From a virus (Duplodnaviria > Heunggongvirae > Uroviricota > Caudoviricetes): 5,945 nucleotides of DNA. The stretch lies in the IMG/VR virus record IMGVR_UViG_3300022692_000031, positions 1 to 5,945 of that record, one strand, 5' to 3'. The notes beneath the pieces were generated by a model. The model had not been told where the DNA came from. It saw only the letters and a list, made by a program, of their open reading frames with translations, and did not search any database. This document shows positions 1-5,695 of the stretch, one piece after another. The position numbers and the translations under genes were made by a program. Each line of letters starts with the position of its first letter. Position 1 is the first letter of the stretch.

Positions 1-105
1 GTCATAGTGACGGCACTGGTAACGAGGAAAGACCTCTGCGAGGTACGAATCCGAACCGGCCAGACGGAGGTCGCTGTTTTCACAGTCTACGAACCTGAGG
101 AGTAA
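1..105 (+). CDS. hokD: Hok-family type I membrane toxin, C-terminal part (5' end lies left of the window)
   Basis: Frame 1 from nt 1 reads VIVTALVTRKDLCEVRIRTGQTEVAVFTVYEPEE, then TAA at 103-105. This matches my recollection of the C-terminus of E. coli HokD/RelF. It is absent from the ORF track because the start is outside the window. Confidence 0.85.
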   Translation, partial: VIVTALVTRKDLCEVRIRTGQTEVAVFTVYEPEE

Positions 106-114
106 GAGTGACCT

Positions 115-142
115 GGGCGGGGTACTGATCCCATCCCCGCCC
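115..142 (+). other. GC-rich hairpin in the hok 3' UTR (8-bp stem GGGCGGGG/CCCCGCCC, 12-nt loop)
   Basis: Perfect inverted repeat read directly from the sequence. Hok-family mRNAs carry 3' fold-back structures; no T-tract follows, so it is not a terminator in itself. Confidence 0.4.
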
Positions 143-183
143 ACCTCTGATGTGTCAGGCATCCTCAATGCACCCGCACTTAA

Positions 184-208
184 CCCGCTTCGGCGGGGTT
201 TGTTTTTT
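184..208 (+). terminator. Rho-independent terminator after hok
   Basis: Stem CCCGC, loop TTCG, stem GCGGG, followed by GTTTGTTTTTT. Confidence 0.6.
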
Positions 209-279
209 CCTGGCATTCTGGTTTACAATTCGCACGTCAGCCTGAACAACTGGCACCTGCTGCGTCACCGGAGATCCCG

Positions 280-549
280 ATGGCGCACGATACCAGATTG
301 CACAATTCTGCCGACCTTGCCAGCAGGCATGGGCGGCGTTCTCACACATTCAAATCTGACTGGTTCCAGCATGACCCGTGCACTGAAGAACAGGCCGAAT
401 GGCTGATTCAGTGCTACCGCAGACGTGGTTACGAGTTTCAGAAAGATCTCAGCTTCGATCGTCGTCACTGGATAATCTCCGTCAGGCTCCCTTATTCCGA
501 ACGCCCACCGCGTCCGTCCCGCACATTCCAGCAGCGCATCTGGAGGTAA
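280..549 (+). CDS. Hypothetical small protein (89 aa); Rem-like by position between hok and the DUF968 gene
   Basis: ORF with GGAG 6 nt upstream of the ATG. Its TAA stop (547-549) abuts the GTG start of the next gene at 551, consistent with translational coupling. Assignment rests on synteny with the Qin prophage order hokD-rem-ydfU only; I do not recognise the sequence. Confidence 0.4.
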   Translation: MAHDTRLHNSADLASRHGRRSHTFKSDWFQHDPCTEEQAEWLIQCYRRRGYEFQKDLSFDRRHWIISVRLPYSERPPRPSRTFQQRIWR

Positions 550-550
550 C

Positions 551-1600
551 GTGCGGGTATTACTTCGACCTGTTCTGGTACCGGAACTCGGGATGGTGCT
601 CCTTAAGCCGGGCCGTGAATCAATGTCAGCATTCCATAACGGCAGAATATTGGTGGAGCCGGAACCGAAAAACATGCGCGGTCTGCCGTCCGGAGTCGTT
701 CCTGCCGTTCGCCAGCCGCTGGCAGAGGATAAAACATTACTGCCATTTTTCAGCGATGAGCGGGTTATTCGTGCAGCAGGTGGTGCAGGTGCACTGTCTG
801 ACTGGTTATTACGTCACGTGAAATCCTGCCAGTGGCCACACGGCGATTATCATCACAGCGAAACCGTCATTCACCGTTACGGTACCGGCGCGATGGTGTT
901 GTGCTGGCACTGTGACAACCAGCTGCGCGACCAGACATCAGAATCACTCGATCAACTTGCTCAGCAGAATCTGGCAGTCTGGATGATTGATGTTATACGT
1001 CACGCAATAAACGGTACGCAGGAGAGGGAGTTATCGCTGGCCGAATTATCCTGGTGGGCGGCCTGCAATCAGGTGGTGGATGCACTACCTGAGGCAGTAG
1101 CGCGTCGTTCGCTGGGATTACCGGTGGAAAAAATCCGCTCCGTATACCGTGAGAGTGACATCGTACCGGGAGAACAGACAGCCATCAGCATACTGAAGCA
1201 GCGCACAAAAAATATTGCGCTGCCACTTCACGTCCACCAGCAACAAAATCCACCACAGAAAAAAACGGTTGTCAGTATCGCTGTTGATCCGGAGTCTCCT
1301 GAATCGTTCATGAGGCGGCCTAAACGTCGCCGTTGGGTTAATGAGAAATACACGCGCTGGGTAAAGACACAGCCGTGTGCGTGTTGTGGTAAGCCTGCTG
1401 ACGATCCGCATCACCTGATTGGTCATGGTCAGGGGGGAATGGGGACAAAGGCCCACGATATTTTCACGCTACCGTTGTGCCGGGAGCACCACAACGAACT
1501 TCATGCAGACCCGCTGGAGTTTGAGAAAAAGTACGGCTCTCAGATTGAGTTAATTTTTCGTTTTCTTGATCACGCCTTTGCGACTGGCGTGCTCGGGTAA
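551..1600 (+). CDS. ydfU: DUF968/YdfU-like prophage protein with a C-terminal HNH-like Cys/His motif
   Basis: 349-aa ORF with GTG start and a GGAGG Shine-Dalgarno at 543-547. The C-terminus reads CACCGKPADDPHHLIGHG...LCREHHNELH, an HNH-like metal-binding arrangement. Size and position (hok, small ORF, this gene, then Q) match the Qin prophage ydfU locus; the symbol is given on synteny and size, not on a verified alignment. Confidence 0.75.
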   Translation: MRVLLRPVLVPELGMVLLKPGRESMSAFHNGRILVEPEPKNMRGLPSGVVPAVRQPLAEDKTLLPFFSDERVIRAAGGAGALSDWLLRHVKSCQWPHGDYHHSETVIHRYGTGAMVLCWHCDNQLRDQTSESLDQLAQQNLAVWMIDVIRHAINGTQERELSLAELSWWAACNQVVDALPEAVARRSLGLPVEKIRSVYRESDIVPGEQTAISILKQRTKNIALPLHVHQQQNPPQKKTVVSIAVDPESPESFMRRPKRRRWVNEKYTRWVKTQPCACCGKPADDPHHLIGHGQGGMGTKAHDIFTLPLCREHHNELHADPLEFEKKYGSQIELIFRFLDHAFATGVLG

Positions 1601-1612
1601 AAGAGGTGACTG

Positions 1613-1987
1613 ATGCTCATAGATTTGGTTTTACCTTACCCGCCGACGGTGAACACTTACTGGCGACGCCGTGGCAGCACATATTTTGTATCAAAAGCCG
1701 GGGAGCGTTATCGCCGTGCAGTGGCGCTTATTGTTCGCCAGCAGCGGCTGAAATTAAGCCTGTCCGGACGGCTGGCAATAAAAATTATTGCAGAGCCACC
1801 GGATAAGCGTCGTCGTGACCTGGACAACATTCTGAAAGCACCGCTGGATGCGCTGACGCATGCGGGACTGCTTATCGACGATGAACAGTTTGATGAAATC
1901 AATATTGTACGTGGTCAGCCAGTATCTGGTGGACGTCTGGGGGTGAAGATTTACCCCATAATGCTTGAAGGGCAGGTCAAAAAATGA
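1613..1987 (+). CDS. rusA: RusA crossover-junction endodeoxyribonuclease (Holliday junction resolvase)
   Basis: 124-aa ORF with AAGAGG 7 nt upstream of the ATG. The segment PDKRRRDLDNILKAPLDALTHAGLLIDDEQF aligns with the RusA core [31 protein letters not shown] as I remember it, including the acidic catalytic residues. Its stop overlaps the next start (ATGA at 1984-1987). Confidence 0.9.
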   Translation: MLIDLVLPYPPTVNTYWRRRGSTYFVSKAGERYRRAVALIVRQQRLKLSLSGRLAIKIIAEPPDKRRRDLDNILKAPLDALTHAGLLIDDEQFDEINIVRGQPVSGGRLGVKIYPIMLEGQVKK

Positions 1988-2805
1988 AACTGGAAGATTT
2001 ACCGAAATACTACTCCCCAAAATCCCCCGGCCTGACTGATGCATCGGCCTCAACGTCAAAAGATGCGCTGAGTATCACTGATGTGATGGCCGCGCAGGGC
2101 ATGACACAGAATCGGGCTGAGATGGGGTTTTCTGCGTTCCTTGGGAGAATGGGCATTAGTATGAATGACAGAGAGCGGGCAACAGAATTGCTGACAGAAT
2201 ATGCACTCAGTCGGTGTGATCGCGTGGCGGCGTTAAGAAAACTCCCGGCAGAAATAAAACCGGCAGTGATGCGTATTATGGCTTCGTATGCGTTTGAAGA
2301 TTATGCCCGTAGCGCGGCGAGCAAAAAACAGTGCCCCTGCTGTCACGGAAAAAAATTTATTGAAAGCGAGGTTTTTACAAACAAGATCCAGTATCCGGAT
2401 GGTAAGCCGCCAGTGTGGGCAAAGTGCACAAAAGGCGTGTATCCGTCTTACTGGGAGGAATGGAAAAAAGTCAGGGAGGTGGTAAAAGTTGCCTGTCCGG
2501 AGTGTGGCGGAAAGGGGGAGGTTTCCACCGCCTGTAAAGATTGTCGTGGGCGCGGTGTTGCCATTCATCGTGAAGAGTCGGAAAAACAGGGTGTGCCGGT
2601 TTTCAGAAACTGTCAGCGTTGTGGTGGGCGTGGCTATGAAAGATTACCTTCAACGGAGGCATTTAATGCCATATGTAATGTAACCGATGCCATATCTCTT
2701 GATACATGGAAAAAAACAGTTAAACGTTTTTACGATACGCTGGTGGTGCAGTTTGATATTGAAGAAGCATGGGCAGAACAACAACTGAAAAAGGTGACCA
2801 GATAG
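1984..2805 (+). CDS. Q-type late-gene antiterminator (QuuQ-like) with DnaJ-type CxxCxGxG zinc-finger repeats
   Basis: 273-aa ORF in the canonical position after rusA and before a promoter-terminator unit. It contains the repeats CPECGGKG, CKDCRGRG and CQRCGGRG plus CPCCHGKK. Size and cysteine repeats fit the large Qin-type Q family from memory. Confidence 0.7.
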   Translation: MKLEDLPKYYSPKSPGLTDASASTSKDALSITDVMAAQGMTQNRAEMGFSAFLGRMGISMNDRERATELLTEYALSRCDRVAALRKLPAEIKPAVMRIMASYAFEDYARSAASKKQCPCCHGKKFIESEVFTNKIQYPDGKPPVWAKCTKGVYPSYWEEWKKVREVVKVACPECGGKGEVSTACKDCRGRGVAIHREESEKQGVPVFRNCQRCGGRGYERLPSTEAFNAICNVTDAISLDTWKKTVKRFYDTLVVQFDIEEAWAEQQLKKVTR

Positions 2806-2810
2806 CTTTG

Positions 2811-2838
2811 TTGATTTTTCCCGAATCTGTGGTAAATT
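2811..2838 (+). promoter_or_regulatory. Candidate late promoter PR' (-35 TTGATT, 16-bp spacer, extended -10 TGgTAAATT)
   Basis: Sigma-70-like hexamers read directly, immediately downstream of the Q stop and about 50 nt upstream of the terminator at 2888-2909. This is the expected PR'-tR' arrangement of lambdoid late control. Confidence 0.35.
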
Positions 2839-2887
2839 TGCCCTAACGATGGGCGTTTTATGCCTGACGTTAGAAGATTTTTTACAC

Positions 2888-2909
2888 CCCGCCGCCTGGC
2901 GGGTTTTTT
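2888..2909 (+). terminator. Rho-independent terminator, candidate tR'
   Basis: Stem CCCGCC, loop GCCT, stem GGCGGG, followed by TTTTTTAT. Confidence 0.6.
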
Positions 2910-3031
2910 ATGACTGAAATCGCGTCAGTACAGTAAACGCGCTGGTGGCGGTGAATACCGGTCTTTCAGCTTGCTGGCTTTTTTGACAAGAGTTATTGGT
3001 GTGTCACGTTAACCGAAAAAGGGAAAAAGAC

Positions 3032-3229
3032 ATGCTGAAACAGCAGGATATGACAGAAACTGCCAGAGCAGTGTTTAATGAATTAAGCGTCACCGAACCG
3101 GCGACAGTCGGGGAGATTGCGCAGAATACTTACCTTTCACGCGAACGCTGCCAGTTAATACTGACCCAGCTTGTTATGGCGGGTCTGGCAGACTATCAGT
3201 TCGGTTGTTACAGACGCCTTCGGTCCTGA
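3032..3229 (+). CDS. Small (65 aa) putative winged-helix DNA-binding protein, PapI/FaeA-like pattern
   Basis: ATG at 3032 preceded by a purine-rich AAGGGAAAAAG. The segment TVGEIAQNTYLSRERCQLILTQLVMAGL resembles the helix-turn-helix region of the small PapI/FaeA family (compare [28 protein letters not shown]) from memory. Confidence 0.5.
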   Translation: MLKQQDMTETARAVFNELSVTEPATVGEIAQNTYLSRERCQLILTQLVMAGLADYQFGCYRRLRS

Positions 3230-3240
3230 AGGCTTTTTTA
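3216..3240 (+). terminator. Strong Rho-independent terminator overlapping the stop codon of the small ORF
   Basis: Perfect stem GCCTTC/GAAGGC with loop GGTCCT, followed by TTTTTTATTT. The TGA stop at 3227-3229 lies inside the hairpin. Confidence 0.65.
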
Positions 3241-3242
3241 TT

Positions 3243-3252
3243 TGTGGTAAAT
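3243..3252 (+). promoter_or_regulatory. Second copy of the 10-mer TGTGGTAAAT (extended -10-like element)
   Basis: The same 10-mer occurs at 2828-2837 inside the PR' candidate. This copy sits just after the terminator and upstream of the methyltransferase gene. Confidence 0.25.
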
Positions 3253-3328
3253 GGGCGGCTGGTGGGTGTTAGGGGCACTCACCAGCCATCTGCTCATGCG
3301 TCTGGATCACAAGCAAACCTCAGGCCCA

Positions 3329-3347
3329 CTGCTTTGCGCAAAAGCAG
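3329..3347 (+). promoter_or_regulatory. Near-perfect dyad CTGCTTTGCGCAAAAGCAG about 35 bp upstream of the methyltransferase start
   Basis: Inverted repeat read directly from the sequence, with 7-bp arms and one unpaired A. It could be an operator or an RNA hairpin. Confidence 0.3.
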
Positions 3348-3379
3348 AATGAGCCTATCAGAGACAGGCTTAATGATCC

Positions 3380-4438
3380 ATGCTTAACACTGTAAAAATA
3401 TCCAGTTGTGAGTTAATCAACGCCGACTGCCTGGAATTTATCCGGTCGTTACCCGAAAATTCTGTTGACCTGATAGTCACGGATCCGCCGTACTTTAAAG
3501 TGAAGCCTGAGGGCTGGGATAACCAGTGGAAGGGCGACGATGATTACCTGAAGTGGCTGGACCAGTGTCTTGCGCAGTTCTGGCGGGTGCTGAAACCTGC
3601 CGGAAGTCTTTACCTGTTCTGTGGCCATCGCCTGGCATCTGACATTGAAATCATGATGCGTGAACGCTTCAGTGTGCTGAACCATATTATCTGGGCGAAG
3701 CCGTCCGGACGCTGGAACGGGTGCAACAAGGAAAGCCTGAGGGCGTATTTCCCCGCCACAGAGCGCATTCTGTTCGCGGAACATTATCAGGGGCCGTATC
3801 GTCCGAAAGATGCCGGGTATGAGGCGAAGGGCAGGGCACTGAAACAGCATGTGATGGCACCGCTGATTGCTTACTTTCGTGATGCGCGTGCTGCCCTGGG
3901 GATAACGGCAAAACAGATTGCTGATGCCACAGGAAAGAAAAACATGGTGTCGCACTGGTTCAGTGCCAGTCAGTGGCAGTTACCGAACGAAAGCGATTAT
4001 CTGAAATTACAGGTGCTGTTTGCCCGGGTGGCAGAAGAGAAGCATCAGCGGGGTGAACTGGAAAAGCCCCACCACCAGCTGCTGGAGACGTATACTTCAC
4101 TGAACCGGCAGTATGCGGAACTGCAGAGTGAATATAAGCATCTGCGGCGGTATTTTGGCGTGACGGCGCAGGTGCCGTACACGGATGTGTGGACGCATAA
4201 ACCGGTGCAGTACTATCCCGGGAAACATCCGTGCGAAAAACCGGCAGAAATGCTGCAGCAGATAATCAGCGCGAGCAGTCGTCCGGGTGACCTGGTTGCA
4301 GATTTTTTCATGGGGTCGGGTTCGACAGTCAAAGCCGCGATGGCGCTGGGGCGGCGTGCAACTGGCGTTGAGCTGGAGACTGAACGTTTTGAGCAGACGG
4401 TCAGAGAAGTTCAGGATTTAGTCAGTCAGAACGGATGA
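3380..4438 (+). CDS. DNA methyltransferase, beta-class amino-methyltransferase (probably N6-adenine), with no restriction partner in the window
   Basis: 352-aa ORF. The catalytic motif IV DPPY (LIVTDPPYF) is near the N-terminus and the SAM-binding motif I FxGxG (DFFMGSGST) near the C-terminus, the beta-class order seen in CcrM, HinfI and RsrI methyltransferases. Confidence 0.9.
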   Translation: MLNTVKISSCELINADCLEFIRSLPENSVDLIVTDPPYFKVKPEGWDNQWKGDDDYLKWLDQCLAQFWRVLKPAGSLYLFCGHRLASDIEIMMRERFSVLNHIIWAKPSGRWNGCNKESLRAYFPATERILFAEHYQGPYRPKDAGYEAKGRALKQHVMAPLIAYFRDARAALGITAKQIADATGKKNMVSHWFSASQWQLPNESDYLKLQVLFARVAEEKHQRGELEKPHHQLLETYTSLNRQYAELQSEYKHLRRYFGVTAQVPYTDVWTHKPVQYYPGKHPCEKPAEMLQQIISASSRPGDLVADFFMGSGSTVKAAMALGRRATGVELETERFEQTVREVQDLVSQNG

Positions 4439-4478
4439 TATTGCAGGATTAGTTACGTACCGTTATTATCCTGCGCCC

Positions 4479-4554
4479 GGCCCTTTAGCTCAGTGGTGAG
4501 AGCGAGCGACTCATAATCGCCAGGTCGCTGGTTCAAATCCAGCAAGGGCCACCA
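4479..4554 (+). tRNA. tRNA with anticodon CAU, ileX/ileZ-like (tRNA-Ile2, lysidine type; an anticodon-only caller would say Met)
   Basis: Manually folded 76-nt cloverleaf: acceptor GGCCCTT/AAGGGCC, D-stem GCTC/GAGC, anticodon loop CTCATAA, T-arm GCTGG-TTCAAAT-CCAGC, encoded CCA. The overall sequence closely resembles E. coli ileX as I remember it. Confidence 0.85.
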
Positions 4555-4563
4555 TATCACATA

Positions 4564-4640
4564 CCGCCATTAGCTCATCGGGATAGAGCGCCAGCCTTCG
4601 AAGCTGGCTGCGCGGGGTTCGAGTCCTCGATGGCGGTCCA
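4564..4640 (+). tRNA. tRNA-Arg, anticodon UCG
   Basis: Manually folded 77-nt cloverleaf: acceptor CCGCCAT/ATGGCGG, D-stem GCTC/GAGC, anticodon stem CCAGC/GCTGG with loop CTTCGAA, T-arm CGGGG-TTCGAGT-CCTCG, encoded CCA. The 5' C1 is unusual but pairs with G72. Confidence 0.75.
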
Positions 4641-4696
4641 TTATCTGCATTATGCGTTGTTGGTTCTGATGAGTGAATCATTGTCTTTTGAGCAAC

Positions 4697-4718
4697 AGGC
4701 TATCATATAAGATAGCCT
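4697..4718 (+). other. Perfect 8-bp inverted repeat AGGCTATC-ATATAA-GATAGCCT downstream of the tRNAs
   Basis: Read directly from the sequence. No immediate T-tract; it may be a processing or regulatory hairpin or a protein-binding dyad. Confidence 0.3.
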
Positions 4719-4918
4719 CAGACTTCCTTGTTTATTCTCGCCGGATGCTTCGTAGATATTTGCAGGCATCTGTATGCAGGGGTATTATTGCGGCATATAT
4801 CATCCGGAAAAATAAAAACTACATGCTGATCCGGAGATGATAGTTACAAGTCCTCCCGGATCCCGCATATTTACTATATTTTATAGATAATTGTTCTTGT
4901 TAATATGGAGATGGATAA

Positions 4919-5347
4919 ATGTATTGCCGTGCTGTACCGGTTCTTGTTTTGATATTAGCCAGTCTGACAACTGGCTGCACAAAAGATGTATCGACAAATA
5001 ATCATGATGCTTCTCTGTATCACTCAGATAAATTAATAAAGTCGCAAAATTTGAGCTCATCGGAACGTACCCCTGATGCCAGTGAAGAAATCCGGCAGTA
5101 TGCCATTCAGGTCAGGAAAGCCATAGAAGAACAGTTAAAGGATGCGAGTAAGTATTCAGGAAAAGAGTGTTCACTGAGAATGTATATGGCCCCGAATGGT
5201 CTTCTGCTACAGGTTAAAAGAGAAAGCGGTGATCCCGATTTATGTCGTGAAGCGATGAATGCAGTAAAGAATGCTGATATACCATCACCACCGTCTTCAG
5301 GAGTATATAAAGCATTTAGAAATGGCGTGCTGGATTTTAAACTCTGA
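4919..5347 (+). CDS. Putative secreted lipoprotein homologous to TolA C-terminal domain III
   Basis: 142-aa ORF with GGAG 8 nt upstream of the ATG. The N-terminus has a hydrophobic signal (AVPVLVLILASL) followed by LTTGC, a lipobox-like cysteine. Residues about 60-142 align at roughly 50 percent identity with my recollection of the E. coli TolA C-terminus (YAGQIKSAIESKFYDASSYAGKTCTLRIKLAPDGMLLDIKPEGGDPALCQAALAAAKLAKIPKPPSQAVYEVFKNAPLDFKP), including both cysteines. Confidence 0.8.
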   Translation: MYCRAVPVLVLILASLTTGCTKDVSTNNHDASLYHSDKLIKSQNLSSSERTPDASEEIRQYAIQVRKAIEEQLKDASKYSGKECSLRMYMAPNGLLLQVKRESGDPDLCREAMNAVKNADIPSPPSSGVYKAFRNGVLDFKL

Positions 5348-5350
5348 CAG

Positions 5351-5380
5351 GGGGAGAAGATTTTCTCCTGTCCTGATGAT
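5351..5380 (+). terminator. Weak terminator-like hairpin just after the lipoprotein stop
   Basis: Stem GGAGAA, loop GATT, stem TTCTCC, followed by TGTCCTGATGATTTTGG. Imperfect T-tract. Confidence 0.3.
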
Positions 5381-5636
5381 TTTGGGGCGCTGGAAAGATA
5401 TTGTGCTGTGAAGTGTTAAATCCCTCACAATTCAGTAAGTTGACAGTTGCCTGTCAGACTGAGCATTTGTTAAAAAAATTTCGCATGGTGAATCCCCCTG
5501 TGCGGAGGGGCGACTGGTGAACGGTATGATCTCTTTGATGATCGTAAGCGAGAATACGCGGGTTTGGTGTCACCGGGCTGAACTCACCGGGAGGCACCCG
5601 GCACCATGCTCATGGTGATACAGAAATGCGGCTTCA

Positions 5637-5660
5637 GCCCCTCTCCGGAGGGGCTTTCTT
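5637..5660 (+). terminator. Rho-independent terminator for + strand transcripts
   Basis: Stem GCCCCTC, loop TCCG, stem GAGGGGC, followed by TTTCTT. Confidence 0.5.
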
Positions 5661-5666
5661 ATGGAC

Positions 5667-5695
5667 AAAAAAAGCCCGCGCTGGGAGACGCGGGC
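5667..5695 (-). terminator. Rho-independent terminator for - strand transcripts
   Basis: On the - strand this reads GCCCGCG-TCTCCCAG-CGCGGGC followed by seven T. With the + strand terminator 7 bp to its left it forms a convergent pair. Confidence 0.55.

Noticed and set aside
152-406. 84-aa + strand ORF from the track
   Set aside because: It runs through the hok terminator hairpin, has no ribosome-binding site, has an improbable composition, and overlaps the better-supported ORF at 280-549.
265-675. 136-aa - strand ORF
   Set aside because: It is antisense to two + strand genes in an otherwise unidirectional phage operon and the translation is Arg/Pro/Gly-rich; likely a frame artefact.
399-821. 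140-aa + strand ORF from the track
   Set aside because: It is an alternative frame overlapping the 5' end of the DUF968 gene, which has a clear Shine-Dalgarno and coupled start at 551.
1118-1456. 112-aa - strand ORF inside the DUF968 gene
   Set aside because: It lies wholly antisense to a well-supported CDS and has no recognisable motif.
1606-1806. 66-aa + strand ORF
   Set aside because: It is an out-of-frame overlap of rusA, whose frame gives a recognisable RusA protein.
1708-2059. Two - strand ORFs (64 aa and 101 aa)
   Set aside because: Both are antisense to rusA and the Q gene and have no start context.
2233-2683. Three ORFs of 64-111 aa overlapping the Q gene on either strand
   Set aside because: They are alternative frames within the Q gene and are Arg/Cys-rich artefacts of its GC-rich zinc-finger coding region.
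2996-3031. Longer start for the small winged-helix ORF (MVCHVNRKREKD...)
   Set aside because: The ATG at 2996 has no ribosome-binding site, whereas the ATG at 3032 follows a purine-rich stretch; the shorter start is preferred but not certain.
3205-3387. 60-aa + strand ORF between the small ORF and the methyltransferase
   Set aside because: It starts inside the terminator hairpin and spans the intergenic dyad; it reads as non-coding regulatory sequence.
3449-3955. 168-aa and 74-aa - strand ORFs inside the methyltransferase gene
   Set aside because: They are antisense to a CDS with clear DPPY and FxGxG motifs and have no support of their own.
3380-4438. A complete restriction-modification system
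   Set aside because: No endonuclease-sized ORF lies on either side of the methyltransferase within the window, so it is treated as an orphan phage methyltransferase.
4641-4918. A third tRNA, as in the ileZ-argN-argO trio of Stx phages
   Set aside because: I found no further cloverleaf with a paired acceptor stem and T-arm in this interval; only two tRNAs are supported.
4919-5347. Shiga toxin genes at the position after Q and the tRNAs
   Set aside because: The single ORF here is 142 aa and resembles TolA domain III, not StxA or StxB; no stx-like sequence is present in the window.
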